In this document: positions 38,928 to 48,771 of the stretch, piece by piece
How the letters are laid out: each line of letters opens with the position of its first letter
How positions within the stretch are numbered: the stretch's first letter is position 1
Assembly (NCBI GenBank): GCA_021731165.1
Contig: JAKFXY010000004.1
Span: forward strand, 640-64,639
From: Acidobacteriota bacterium
Lineage (GTDB): Bacteria > Acidobacteriota > Vicinamibacteria > Vicinamibacterales > UBA2999
Length of the DNA stretch: 64,000 nt
Direction: 5' to 3'
The notes under the pieces: generated by a model
Seen by the model: only the letters and a program-made list of their open reading frames with translations
What the model was told of the DNA's origin: nothing
The model's database searches: none
Made by a program: the position numbers and the translations under genes

Positions 38928-39923
38928 ATTCGTAAGGTCGCCGTACTTGGTTCGGGAGGCTGGGGTACCGCGCTCGCCGTGCACCTCGCGCGAACCGGCC
39001 ATGACGCCGTGCTTTGGGGAAGGGATCCCGTCCTGGTCGCCGACATGCGTGCCCGGCGGGCGAATGCCGTGTACCTGCCGGGCATCACGTTTCCCGATCG
39101 GCTGCGCGTGACGGCGGACATGGTCGAGGCGACGAACGGTACTGAGATTCTCGTATCCGCCGTCCCGTCGCACGGTACGCGTGGCGTGCTGAGGAGCGCG
39201 GCGCCGTACGTTCGTCCTGGCACGGTCGTCGTGAGCGCCACCAAGGGGCTCGAGCAGGACACGCTGTACCGGGTATCCGAAATTATCGAACAGGAACTCG
39301 GGGGCGTGCGGATTGGAGTGCTCTCCGGTCCGAGCTTCGCGCTAGAGATGGCGCGCGAGCTGCCGACGGCCGTGTCGATTGCCTCAACTGACGCCGGCGT
39401 CGTCGAGATTGTGCAGGAGGATTTCCGCGCGCCATCGTTTCGTCTCTATGGCACGACTGACGTCGTTGGCGTCGAGATCGGAGGCGCGCTGAAGAACGTA
39501 ATTGCCATTGCCGCCGGCGTCACCGAGGGCCTTGGACTCGGACATAACGCGCTGGCCGGTCTCATCACGCGTGGACTCGCCGAGATCGCGCGCCTGGCGT
39601 TCGCGGCCGGGGCTCAGCGTGAAACATTGGCCGGACTGACCGGGCTTGGCGACCTCGTGCTGACCTGCACGGGGTCACTCAGTCGAAACCGGCACGTTGG
39701 TGTCGAGTTGGCGCGCGGCCGTTCGCTGCGAGACATCCTTGCGGGGATGAAGATGGTGGCAGAGGGCGTGAGGACCACGGATGCCGCGCTGGCCCTCGGC
39801 GCCAGGCACGGCGTGGAACTGCCCATTACCGGTCAAGTGGCGGAATTGCTCGCAGGTCGAAAGGACGCCAGGACGGCGCTGTACGATTTGATGCTGCGGC
39901 CGCAGCGTGCCGAAGTTGGGTAG
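38928..39923 (+). CDS. gpsA: NAD(P)H-dependent glycerol-3-phosphate dehydrogenase (probable ATT start)
   Basis: KVAVLGSGGWGTALA Rossmann motif lies upstream of the track's GTG; SGPSFA, GGALKNVIAIA, GLGDLVLTC...SRN. ATT at 38928 follows SD GGAGGT. Confidence 0.93.
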   Translation: MRKVAVLGSGGWGTALAVHLARTGHDAVLWGRDPVLVADMRARRANAVYLPGITFPDRLRVTADMVEATNGTEILVSAVPSHGTRGVLRSAAPYVRPGTVVVSATKGLEQDTLYRVSEIIEQELGGVRIGVLSGPSFALEMARELPTAVSIASTDAGVVEIVQEDFRAPSFRLYGTTDVVGVEIGGALKNVIAIAAGVTEGLGLGHNALAGLITRGLAEIARLAFAAGAQRETLAGLTGLGDLVLTCTGSLSRNRHVGVELARGRSLRDILAGMKMVAEGVRTTDAALALGARHGVELPITGQVAELLAGRKDARTALYDLMLRPQRAEVG

Positions 39924-39985
39924 CGAATGCAGGTGGTGAATGGTCCTGGCAAGAGGCCGGCGTTTCGGGATCTGGGGTTTGGGAA

Positions 39986-40909
39986 TTGAGTGTTCTGGAT
40001 CGACTTCGTAACAGCCTGAACCGCACGAAGCAGCAGATCGTCGGCCGGTTTGAAAGCCTCATCCATCAAGCGGACTCCGAAGAGCGCCGGAGCAGACCGG
40101 TTGACGTCGATACGATTGAGGCGCTCGAGGAGCTGCTGCTTTCGGCTGATATCGGCGTTGCCGCAACGAGACAGATTGTCACTGCCGTTCAGGGCCGGGC
40201 GCGGACGGGTGAGAGCCTGCGCGAATTGGTGCAATCAGAGATCCGCCGGATCTTTGATGCCGTCGAGACACGCCCCGCCGTGACCCTTCACCCGAATGTC
40301 ACGCTCATTGTCGGTGTGAACGGAACCGGGAAGACGACGACGATTGGGAAACTCGCGAATCTGCTGAAGAAGTCGGGACAACGTCCCCTCGTCTGCGCGG
40401 CGGACACGTTTCGCGCGGCGGCTGTCGAGCAACTCGAGATCTGGGCGACGCGCGCCAACGTTGAGATCGTGCGGGCGAAGGACGGTGCCGACCCGGCTGC
40501 CGTGGTGTTCGAGGCCATTCAGACTGGGAAGGCGAAAGGCTGTGACCCGATTCTGGTGGACACCGCCGGCCGGTTGCACAACCGCGTGAATCTGATGAAC
40601 GAGCTCGACAAGATCCGCCGCGTGGCAGCCAAGGCCATGGAAGGAGCGCCGCACGATGTTCTCCTCGTCCTGGACGCCACGGTCGGCCAGAACGGCGTCC
40701 AGCAGGCGCGTGAGTTCACGAACGTAGCCGGCGTGACCGGCATCGTTCTGACAAAGCTAGACGGCACTGCAAAGGGCGGGGTCGCGGTAGCCATCGCGCA
40801 CGATCTCAAGCTGCCAATCCGCTATGTCGGTGTGGGCGAGGGAATCGACGACCTTATCCCATTCTCCGCCGCTGACTACGTGGACGCGCTCTTCGAGGAG
40901 AAGGGGTAG
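39986..40909 (+). CDS. ftsY: Signal recognition particle receptor FtsY
   Basis: GVNGTGKTTTIGKLA, DTFRAAA, DTAGR, TKLDGTAKGG; NG domain only. Confidence 0.96.
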   Translation: MSVLDRLRNSLNRTKQQIVGRFESLIHQADSEERRSRPVDVDTIEALEELLLSADIGVAATRQIVTAVQGRARTGESLRELVQSEIRRIFDAVETRPAVTLHPNVTLIVGVNGTGKTTTIGKLANLLKKSGQRPLVCAADTFRAAAVEQLEIWATRANVEIVRAKDGADPAAVVFEAIQTGKAKGCDPILVDTAGRLHNRVNLMNELDKIRRVAAKAMEGAPHDVLLVLDATVGQNGVQQAREFTNVAGVTGIVLTKLDGTAKGGVAVAIAHDLKLPIRYVGVGEGIDDLIPFSAADYVDALFEEKG

Positions 40910-40913
40910 CGCC

Positions 40914-42002
40914 GTGGGCGACGATGCGCGGTGGATGCGGCGTGCGCTGCTCCATGCGCGGCGTGGCCTTGGCAGGACGACGCCCAACCCCGTGGTTGGC
41001 GCGTGCATCGTGACGGCCGAGGGCGTGGTGGTTGCTGATGGCACGCATGAGCGGGCAGGGGCCGCGCATGCCGAGATCAATGCACTGACCAGGGCCGGAG
41101 AGCAGGCGCGCGGCGCCACTATGTACTGCACTCTCGAGCCCTGTGCCCATGTCGGGCGCACGGGTCCCTGCGCGGATCGCATTATCGCCGCCGGCATCCG
41201 TCGCGTGGTCGCGGCGATGGAGGATCCGTTCGAGCTGGTCAGTGGGCGCGGATTCGCGGCACTCCGCGACGGTGGTGTCGAAGTGGTTGTTGGTGTCGAG
41301 CGAGCCGCGGCCACGCGTCTGAATCTTCCGTTCATGACGTCTGTCCTGAAGGAGCGCCCCTTTGTCATCCTGAAGGCGGCAACGACGCTGGACGGACGGA
41401 TCACCGCTGCGCGTGGGCGTCGTACGCCGCTCACGTCCGTGCCGGCCCTGCGGCATGCCCACTACGTACGGGCCCAAGTGGACGCCATCGCGGTAGGGTC
41501 GGAGACGGTCCTGGTGGATGATCCGCTGCTCACGGCGCGCGAGGTTTACCGAGAACGCCCGTTGACGCGGGTGATATTCGACCGTCGCCTTCGGACGGCG
41601 CCATCGGCCCGCCTCCTTTCCACCCTCGCCACCGGACCGGTGATAATAGTCACGTCCCCCGAAGCCGCACGGGCACAGGGGGGGCGCCGCAGCGCGCTCG
41701 AGCACGCGGGGGCCACGATACTGCTGGTCGGCGAGCGGAGCATCGGGAGCGCTCTGCGGAAGCTCGTCGGGTTTGGCATTCAGAGCGTGGTTCTTGAAGG
41801 GGGCGCGGGCGTGCACGGTGCGGCGTGGGACGAAGGCGTAGTGGACGCGGTCCACCTCTACGTGGCGCCACTCACCGCGGGGCCCGCAGGCGTTCCATTC
41901 TTGGAGGGTCGGTCATTTTCAACTTCGGCGCTCGCGGATCTGTCGGTGACGCCGCTCGGTCCCGACGTACTGTTTGAAGGATATGTTCACGGGCCTCATT
42001 GA
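40914..42002 (+). CDS. ribD: Bifunctional riboflavin deaminase/reductase
   Basis: PNPVVG, HAE, TLEPCAHVGRTGPC, KAATTLDG, DDPLLTAR, LEGG. Confidence 0.95.
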   Translation: MGDDARWMRRALLHARRGLGRTTPNPVVGACIVTAEGVVVADGTHERAGAAHAEINALTRAGEQARGATMYCTLEPCAHVGRTGPCADRIIAAGIRRVVAAMEDPFELVSGRGFAALRDGGVEVVVGVERAAATRLNLPFMTSVLKERPFVILKAATTLDGRITAARGRRTPLTSVPALRHAHYVRAQVDAIAVGSETVLVDDPLLTAREVYRERPLTRVIFDRRLRTAPSARLLSTLATGPVIIVTSPEAARAQGGRRSALEHAGATILLVGERSIGSALRKLVGFGIQSVVLEGGAGVHGAAWDEGVVDAVHLYVAPLTAGPAGVPFLEGRSFSTSALADLSVTPLGPDVLFEGYVHGPH

Positions 42003-42582
42003 AACCGTCGGCCGCGTCAGCGGATTGAAGGCCATGGCGGCTGGACTCGAGCTTCGAGTGCGGACAGAGCTTGCCGCCGATCTGTTGCCCGGTGACAGCC
42101 TTGCGGTCAACGGTGTATGTCTGACGGCTACCGTTGCGCGGGATGGCGAGGTCCATGCCGACGTCGGGCCGGAGACGGCGCGCATCACGACGCTGGGGGC
42201 GCTGCAGCTGGGTCAATCGGTGAACCTGGAACGGCCGATGCGTAGCGATGGCCGTTTTGGGGGTCATTTCGTGCAGGGCCACGTGGATGCGACCGGGCGG
42301 ATCGAGAAGATCCGCGATGACGGCGACTCCCAGTGGGTGACAATCGGGCTTCATCCCTCGCTGGCTCCTTACGTGATTCAGAAAGGCTCCATCGCGGTGG
42401 ACGGCATCAGCCTGACTGTCGCGGAGTTGGGTCACTCGCAGTTCGACGTGATGGTCGTGCCGTTCACCTGGACGCACACGAACCTGGCGACGCTTCACGT
42501 GGGCGATCGCGTCAACCTCGAGGCCGACATGGTTGGCAAATATGTGGCGCGGGCCGCAGAGCTCGCGATTCGGACGACGTGA
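41983..42582 (+). CDS. ribE: Riboflavin synthase (alpha chain)
   Basis: MFTGLIE, NGVCLT, VNLER, GGHFVQGHVD, KGSIAVDGISLT. Confidence 0.95.
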   Translation: MFTGLIETVGRVSGLKAMAAGLELRVRTELAADLLPGDSLAVNGVCLTATVARDGEVHADVGPETARITTLGALQLGQSVNLERPMRSDGRFGGHFVQGHVDATGRIEKIRDDGDSQWVTIGLHPSLAPYVIQKGSIAVDGISLTVAELGHSQFDVMVVPFTWTHTNLATLHVGDRVNLEADMVGKYVARAAELAIRTT

Positions 42583-43850
42583 TGAATGACGACATGAAGA
42601 GAGCTCCGCGCGGTCGCATTCGCATTGCCAAAGGCGCCCGCAGAAAGGGACCCTTCGCCACCATCGACGAGGCCGCCGCGGCGATTCGCGCGGGCCGGAT
42701 GATCATCGTGGTGGACGATGAGGACCGCGAAAACGAGGGCGATCTCACCATGGCGGCGTCAGTCGTCACGCCCGAGGCGATCAATTTCATGGCCCGGCAT
42801 GGTCGCGGCCTGATCTGCCTGGCAATGATGCAGGAGCGGCTCGAGCAGCTCGACATTCCGCTCGAGGCGAGCGACAGCGTCTCGCGACGCGACACTGCCT
42901 TCTGCGTGTCGATCGACGCGCGTGATGGGACGAGCACCGGCATCTCGGCTGCGGATCGGGCAAGAACCGTGAAGGTGGCGATTGCACCGGGAACGACGCC
43001 GCGCGACTTGGAGCGGCCCGGGCACGTATTTCCGCTCAGGGCTCGTCCGGGTGGCGTGCTGGTGCGCGCGGGCCACACCGAAGCCGCCGTGGACCTGGCG
43101 CGGATCGCAGGACTCGATCCAGCGGGAGTGATCTGCGAAATCATGAACGACGATGGGACGATGGCGCGGGTGCCGGAGCTCACGAAGTTCGCGAAGAAGC
43201 ACGGTCTGCTCATGATTACGATTGCGGCGCTCATCGAGCACCGCATGCGAACGGAGCGCCTCGTGGTTCGCGTCGCCACCGCAGATCTCCCCACCGAATA
43301 TGGCGCCTTCAGGATCCACGCGTACCAGAATCAGCTGAACAGCGAGCAGCACGTGGCGCTCGTGTGTGGTGACATCGGCGACGGCAGGAACGTACTGGTT
43401 CGCGTGCATTCCAGTTGTCTCACCGGCGACGTGCTTCACTCGGCGCGGTGTGACTGCGGTGCGCAACTCGACGCCGCGATGGGCCGGATTGCCGAAGAAG
43501 GGCGGGGTGTGTTGCTGTACCTGAACCAGGAAGGGCGCGGGATTGGCCTGGCCAATAAGATCAGGGCGTACGAGCTTCAGGATCAGGGGTTCGACACCGT
43601 CGAGGCGAACGAACGGCTGGGATTCAAGCCGGACCAGCGTGACTACGGGATCGGGGCGCAGATTTTGGGCGATATCGGAGTCAAAACGATGCGATTGCTC
43701 ACGAATAATCCCCGGAAGTTCGTTGGACTGCATGGGTACGGGCTGGCGGTGTCGGATGTCGTGCCGCTCGAGATCCCGGCTGGAGAGCACACCCGCCGGT
43801 ACCTGAAGACCAAGAAGGACAAGATGGGCCACAAGCTGTCCGGGGTGTAG
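42582..43850 (+). CDS. ribBA: Bifunctional DHBP synthase/GTP cyclohydrolase II
   Basis: DDEDRENEGD, RPGHVFPL, GHTEA, RVHSSCLTGD...RCDCG, EGRGIGL, LLTNNP. Confidence 0.95.
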   Translation: MNDDMKRAPRGRIRIAKGARRKGPFATIDEAAAAIRAGRMIIVVDDEDRENEGDLTMAASVVTPEAINFMARHGRGLICLAMMQERLEQLDIPLEASDSVSRRDTAFCVSIDARDGTSTGISAADRARTVKVAIAPGTTPRDLERPGHVFPLRARPGGVLVRAGHTEAAVDLARIAGLDPAGVICEIMNDDGTMARVPELTKFAKKHGLLMITIAALIEHRMRTERLVVRVATADLPTEYGAFRIHAYQNQLNSEQHVALVCGDIGDGRNVLVRVHSSCLTGDVLHSARCDCGAQLDAAMGRIAEEGRGVLLYLNQEGRGIGLANKIRAYELQDQGFDTVEANERLGFKPDQRDYGIGAQILGDIGVKTMRLLTNNPRKFVGLHGYGLAVSDVVPLEIPAGEHTRRYLKTKKDKMGHKLSGV

Positions 43851-43946
43851 ACCAGCCGGTCAAACTCGCCTAAGATAACGGTTTGCGGCCGTTGGGTTTA
43901 GCCCCGTAGTGGGGGTATGCCTTGCACGGGTCGCCGGCCGTCCCCA

Positions 43947-45386
43947 ATGTTCGACTCGCTCAGCACCCGCATCCAGGGCGTTTTCCAGTCGCTTCGCGGC
44001 GAAGTGCGGCTGACGGAGGCGCAGGTCGAGGGGGCGCTTGGCGAGATTCGGCTGGCGCTGCTCGAAGCCGACGTCAACTTCAAGGTCGTCAAGGCGTTCG
44101 TGGACAAGGTCCGCGACCGGGCGATGGATCAGGAGGTCTTGCGCAGCCTGACGCCGGGCCAGCACGTCACCAAGATCGTCCGTGACGAGCTGCTTGCGCT
44201 CTTCGGGGAGTCGGAGGGTGGTCTGCGGAAGGTCGCCCCTAAGCCACGGGTGGTGATGCTCCTCGGACTGCAGGGATCCGGCAAGACCACGACGTCGGGC
44301 AAGCTGGCGCTGTGGTTGAAGCGGCAGGGCCGACACCCGATGATGGTGTCCACGGACGTGCGACGGCCGGCCGCGATCGCGCAGTTGTCGGTGCTGGCGG
44401 AACAGGCCGGTGTTCGAGTGCATGCGCCGGAGTCCATGGATCCGGTATCGCGTGCCAGGGGCGCACTGGCTGAGGCGAAAGCCACCGGGCTCGATACCGT
44501 CATCGTCGATACAGCGGGGCGCCTGCACATTGACGATGACCTGATGGACGAGCTGCAGGCGATCAAGGAAGCCGTGCAGCCGACGGACCTGCTGTACGTC
44601 GCCGATGCGATGACAGGGCAGGATGCCATCAAGAGCGCGGGCGAGTTCAACCGCCGCATCGGTGTGACCGGCGTGGTGCTGACCAAGCTCGACGGCGATG
44701 CGCGTGGCGGCGCGGCGCTCTCGGTGGTCTCTGTAGTCGGTGTGCCGATCGCCTTTGTCGGTAGTGGCGAGCGGCTCGAGGATCTCGAGCTGTTCCATCC
44801 CGACCGGATCGTGTCGCGGATGCTCGGCATGGGCGACGTGCTGTCGCTCATCGAGAAGGCCGAGCAGGCGATTGATCAGGACGAGGCGCAGCGGCTGGAG
44901 GAGAAGCTGCGGAAGAACCAGTTCACGCTGGACGACTTCCGCACTCAATTGAAAGCGATCCGGAAAATGGGGCCGCTCGAGAGCATCCTTGGGATGATCC
45001 CGGGGATGGGCAACCTGAAGCAGGTCGCCGACAACAAACCGGACGAGAAGCAGATGGGCCGGGTGGAAGCGATCATCGGGTCGATGACACCAGGCGAGCG
45101 CCGCGACGAGTCGATGATTGGCGGCAGCCGTCGCAAGCGAATTGCGATGGGAAGCGGCACCTCGGTTGAGGAAGTGAACCGTCTCCTCAAGCAGTTCCGC
45201 GAGATGAAGCGCGTCTTGCAGATGATGGGACAGGGTGGGATACCGGGCCTGGGGATGGGCAAGGGCATGCCTCAGGTGCCGATTGGTGGCCTTCGACAGG
45301 GCTCCGGCCACGGCGGCGACGGATTCGGGATGCCGGGTAAAAAGCGAAAGAAGGGCGGGCCCTGGGGCCTGATCAAAACGAGGTAG
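43947..45386 (+). CDS. ffh: Signal recognition particle protein
   Basis: LLEADV, GLQGSGKTTT, DTAGR, TKLDGDARGG, RMLGMGD, Met-rich M domain. Confidence 0.97.
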   Translation: MFDSLSTRIQGVFQSLRGEVRLTEAQVEGALGEIRLALLEADVNFKVVKAFVDKVRDRAMDQEVLRSLTPGQHVTKIVRDELLALFGESEGGLRKVAPKPRVVMLLGLQGSGKTTTSGKLALWLKRQGRHPMMVSTDVRRPAAIAQLSVLAEQAGVRVHAPESMDPVSRARGALAEAKATGLDTVIVDTAGRLHIDDDLMDELQAIKEAVQPTDLLYVADAMTGQDAIKSAGEFNRRIGVTGVVLTKLDGDARGGAALSVVSVVGVPIAFVGSGERLEDLELFHPDRIVSRMLGMGDVLSLIEKAEQAIDQDEAQRLEEKLRKNQFTLDDFRTQLKAIRKMGPLESILGMIPGMGNLKQVADNKPDEKQMGRVEAIIGSMTPGERRDESMIGGSRRKRIAMGSGTSVEEVNRLLKQFREMKRVLQMMGQGGIPGLGMGKGMPQVPIGGLRQGSGHGGDGFGMPGKKRKKGGPWGLIKTR

Positions 45387-45388
45387 AG

Positions 45389-45673
45389 ATGCTGTCGATT
45401 CGTATGACGCGCGTGGGCTCAAAGAAGAAGCCCTATTTTCGGGTCGTGGTGGCCGAGGCTCGGTCGGCAATCCAGAGTGACGTGATTGAGAATCTGGGTA
45501 CGTATGACCCACGCGCCAAGCCGGCGCAGGTGGCCATCAACAAGGAACGTGTTGAGCACTGGCTCAGGGTTGGTGCGAGGCCATCGGATTCGGTGCGCAC
45601 GCTGCTCGCAAAGTACCTGACACGCGACCTGTCGAAGGTCGAAACGCCTGTCGCGGAAACCGGCGTCGCGTAG
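45389..45673 (+). CDS. rpsP: 30S ribosomal protein S16
   Basis: MLSIRMTRVGSKKKPYFRVVV...LGTYDP...GARPSDSV. Confidence 0.96.
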   Translation: MLSIRMTRVGSKKKPYFRVVVAEARSAIQSDVIENLGTYDPRAKPAQVAINKERVEHWLRVGARPSDSVRTLLAKYLTRDLSKVETPVAETGVA

Positions 45674-45940
45674 ATGGCGGCGCCGGACGACGCGAGGTCG
45701 GGGAGCCCTCTGCGCGAAGTGGTCGAAGTGATTGCGCGCGCCCTGGTGGATAAGCCCGATTCGGTGAGAGTGACCGAGACGGAGCGTCGAGGAATGACTG
45801 TACTGGAGCTCACGACCGCACCAGGCGACATGGGCAAGGTGATTGGGCGCCAGGGACGCACGGCAGCGGCGCTGCGGACGCTGGTGGCGCTGGCGGCGGA
45901 GCAGCACGGCGCGCGCGTGCACCTGGACATCAGGGATTGA
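45674..45940 (+). CDS. khpA: KH-domain RNA-binding protein (KhpA/YlqC)
   Basis: LVDKPDSV...DMGKVIGRQGRTA; canonical position between rpsP and rimM. Confidence 0.92.
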   Translation: MAAPDDARSGSPLREVVEVIARALVDKPDSVRVTETERRGMTVLELTTAPGDMGKVIGRQGRTAAALRTLVALAAEQHGARVHLDIRD

Positions 45941-46044
45941 AGGTGGGGCGAACCCCGCCGGGTTCGTCAGGTGATTCGAGCGTATCGACGGACGGGGGGC
46001 ATTCCGAGCTTCTCGGCGGATGAGAGAGCTCTCTCCACTGAACG

Positions 46045-46587
46045 ATGACGAGCTGGGACGACATGGTGCTGGTCGGGCGGGTCGCTCGGCCTCACGGCCT
46101 GAAGGGGCACGTTGCCATCAATCCTGAAACCGACTTCGTCGAAGATCGGTTTGCGCCAGGTTCGACGATGTGGACGAGATCCGCGGCGGGTGAGGAAGCG
46201 CTGACGATCGGCGCTTCGAGAGTCCAGGCGGGAAGACCGATCGTGGCCTTCGAAGGCTTCGCACGGATCGAGGACGTGGAGCGGTTGGCGGGCCAGGAAC
46301 TTCGGGTGCCAGAAGGGACGCTTCGGGCGCTGGGGCCTGGGAGGTATTACGAGCATCAGCTCGCGGGTTGCGCGGTGACCACGGTGGCCGGTGAGGAGAT
46401 TGGGACGGTGGTGCGCGTCGAGGGAGGCTCCGGCGGCAGTCGCCTGATCGTCAACGGCCCGCGCGGTGAGATCCAGGTCCCGCTGGCGGTTGAGATTTGT
46501 ATCGGAATCGACGTCGAGCGGAAGCGGATCACGGTCGCGCCGCCGGACGGACTGCTCGAGCTGAACGAGATACGAAGTAAGCAGTAG
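46045..46587 (+). CDS. rimM: Ribosome maturation factor RimM
   Basis: [23 protein letters not shown]-barrel C-terminus; synteny. Confidence 0.93.
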   Translation: MTSWDDMVLVGRVARPHGLKGHVAINPETDFVEDRFAPGSTMWTRSAAGEEALTIGASRVQAGRPIVAFEGFARIEDVERLAGQELRVPEGTLRALGPGRYYEHQLAGCAVTTVAGEEIGTVVRVEGGSGGSRLIVNGPRGEIQVPLAVEICIGIDVERKRITVAPPDGLLELNEIRSKQ

Positions 46588-46646
46588 GCGGTGAGGGCAG
46601 CGAAGGCGGCGACGTACACCCACGGCCTACTGACTGCGTACCTGCT

Positions 46647-47387
46647 ATGAAGTTCGACATCGTCACGATCTTTCCGCGGATGGTGGCGGCAGGCCTGACT
46701 GAGGGTGTGGTCAGCCGGGGCATCGAACGAAGACTGCTGGACATCGTCGTCCACGACCTGCGGACGTATACGAGCGATCGTCACCGCAGCGTGGATGATG
46801 TCCCGTACGGCGGCGGGCCGGGTATGGTCATGAAACCCGAGCCGCTGGTGCGCGCGGTGGACGACATCCGGAAACGGCGCGGCGCGCCCGGGGCAATCGT
46901 CCTGCTCTCGCCGCAAGGGCGGCGGTTCACGCAGGTCGAGGCGCTTCGACTGGGGCGACTCGGGCACGTGGTCCTGCTCTGCGGGCGATATGAAGGGATG
47001 GACGAGCGGGTGCGGGCGCTGGTGGCCGCGGAGGAGCTGTCAGTCGGGGACTTCGTGGTCAGCGGGGGAGAGTTGCCCGCCCTGATGGTCGTGGACGCCG
47101 TGAGCCGCCTGGTGCCTGGTGTCGTGGGTGACGAGCTGTCGGTGGAGCAGGATTCCTTCTCCCGTGGGTTGCTGGACTACCCACACTACACACGCCCGGC
47201 CGAGTTCGGTGGGCTGCAGGTGCCGGACGTGCTGCTGTCGGGCCACCACGCCGAGGTGCTGCGATGGCGAAAGAGGACGGCGTTGGAGCGAACGCTGGCG
47301 AGGCGCCCGGAGTTGCTTGACGTGGCGGTGCTCGACGATGAGGAACGCACGCTGCTCGCGGAGATTCGGAAGGAAGCTAAGCCGTAG
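46647..47387 (+). CDS. trmD: tRNA (guanine37-N1)-methyltransferase
   Basis: [39 protein letters not shown]. Confidence 0.97.
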   Translation: MKFDIVTIFPRMVAAGLTEGVVSRGIERRLLDIVVHDLRTYTSDRHRSVDDVPYGGGPGMVMKPEPLVRAVDDIRKRRGAPGAIVLLSPQGRRFTQVEALRLGRLGHVVLLCGRYEGMDERVRALVAAEELSVGDFVVSGGELPALMVVDAVSRLVPGVVGDELSVEQDSFSRGLLDYPHYTRPAEFGGLQVPDVLLSGHHAEVLRWRKRTALERTLARRPELLDVAVLDDEERTLLAEIRKEAKP

Positions 47388-47400
47388 AGGCGGACCTCCG

Positions 47401-47442
47401 TCCCTCGACGTGCTCGGGATGACCCTGGGCGTGCCGAAGGGT
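47401..47442. repeat. REP-like imperfect palindrome between trmD and rplS
   Basis: TCCCTCGACGTGCTCGGG-ATGA-CCCTGGGCGTGCCGAAGGG; the arms pair imperfectly and resemble CCTTCGAC..GCTCAGG/CCTGAGC..GTCGAAGG-type intergenic repeats. Confidence 0.55.
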
Positions 47443-47470
47443 CAGGTCGGCCTGAACAAGGAGACGGGAC

Positions 47471-47818
47471 ATGAGCGCGATAGTAGATCTGGTCGAGAGA
47501 GGGCAGCTTACCGAGAAGCCCGACATGAAGTCCGGCGACACGGTGCGGGTCCACGTGAAGATCCGCGAGGGTGACAAGGAACGCGTCCAGATCTTCGAAG
47601 GCATCGTGATCGGCATGCATCGTGGCGGTGCGCGCGCGTCGTTCACGGTTCGGAAGGTGTCGTTCGGACAGGGCGTCGAGCGCATTTTTCCTCTGCACTC
47701 GCCGACAATTGCCAAGGTGGATGTGGTTCGGTCCTCCAGGGTGCGTCGCGCCAAGCTGTACTTCCTGCGCGGACTGAAGGGCAAGGCCGCGAGGATGAAA
47801 GAGACGAAGCGGGCGTAA
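47471..47818 (+). CDS. rplS: 50S ribosomal protein L19
   Basis: [44 protein letters not shown]. Confidence 0.97.
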   Translation: MSAIVDLVERGQLTEKPDMKSGDTVRVHVKIREGDKERVQIFEGIVIGMHRGGARASFTVRKVSFGQGVERIFPLHSPTIAKVDVVRSSRVRRAKLYFLRGLKGKAARMKETKRA

Positions 47819-48439
47819 GTGAAGGTCCGTGCGAGGCGGACTCTCGAGAACACCCTTCGCCGATGGGGGTTCTACCGTATCGCGGGAGTGGACGAAGTGG
47901 GGCGCGGCTGCCTGGCCGGCCCCGTGGTGGCCGCTGCCGTCGTGCTCGATCCCGACAGGCATGTTCCCGGCCTCTGTGATTCCAAGATGATTGCGGCCGC
48001 AGAGCGAGAGCGACTCTACGGCGCGATCACCCAGAAGGCCGTGAGCTGGTCCGTCGCGGCCGCGCAGCCGCTCGAGATTGATGACCTCAATATCCACCGC
48101 GCGTCATTGGAGGCCATGCGCCGCGCCGTGATGGCGCTCGTACCGCTTCCCGATCTGGTACTGGTCGATGCCTTCCTCATCCCAGGCCTGAGCATGGCGC
48201 AACAGGGCGTGATTCACGGCGACCGCGTGTGCACCGCCATTGCGGCAGCCTCCATCGTGGCGAAGGTGACGCGTGACCGTGAGATGCTCGCGCACCACGT
48301 GGTGGATCCCCGTTACGGCTACGACAGGCACAAAGGCTATGCCACCAGTGAACACTTGGCGGCATTGGCGCGCCACGGCCGCAGCCCGCTGCACCGGCGC
48401 TCGTTCAGGCCGGTCTCGTGGATCGATACGATCAATTGA
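47819..48439 (+). CDS. rnhB: Ribonuclease HII
   Basis: AGVDEVGRG..AGPV, DSK, IAAASIVAKVTRD, HKGY, HRRSF. Confidence 0.96.
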   Translation: MKVRARRTLENTLRRWGFYRIAGVDEVGRGCLAGPVVAAAVVLDPDRHVPGLCDSKMIAAAERERLYGAITQKAVSWSVAAAQPLEIDDLNIHRASLEAMRRAVMALVPLPDLVLVDAFLIPGLSMAQQGVIHGDRVCTAIAAASIVAKVTRDREMLAHHVVDPRYGYDRHKGYATSEHLAALARHGRSPLHRRSFRPVSWIDTIN

Positions 48440-48494
48440 CGCCCGTGCCAGCGAATCGAGACGCGATGCGCGTCCACGGTGGAGGTGACGGTTC

Positions 48495-48767
48495 GTGAGG
48501 CGCCTGTTGCTCACGGCGCTCTTCTTCGAGGTCGGCGCAGCGCTCATCGTCGTGCCCTGGTCCGCGTTCTGGGATCGCAACTACTTTGCGCAAGCTTTGC
48601 CGTCGGTGCATGCATTCATCACCAGCAACTTCGTGCGCGGTGCTGTCTCCGGGCTCGGCCTACTCAATATCATCGCCGGCGTACGGGAGCTCGTCTCCAT
48701 GCTGATGGCGAGACATACGGTGCCGCCTCGCCCAACCTCCCCAGTCCCATTCGTTCCGGAAGACTGA
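48495..48767 (+). CDS. Small hypothetical membrane protein
   Basis: Two hydrophobic segments, PWSAFWDRNYF, RGAVSGLG; SD GGAGGT upstream of the GTG. Confidence 0.75.
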   Translation: MRRLLLTALFFEVGAALIVVPWSAFWDRNYFAQALPSVHAFITSNFVRGAVSGLGLLNIIAGVRELVSMLMARHTVPPRPTSPVPFVPED

Positions 48768-48771
48768 TCGC

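Noticed and set aside
43860-45512. 550-aa minus-strand ORF
   Set aside because: Antisense shadow of ffh.
45941-46044. Possible SRP RNA or other ncRNA near ffh
   Set aside because: It lacks the SRP helix-8 motif (CAGG...GGAA..AGCAG); only short hairpins are visible.
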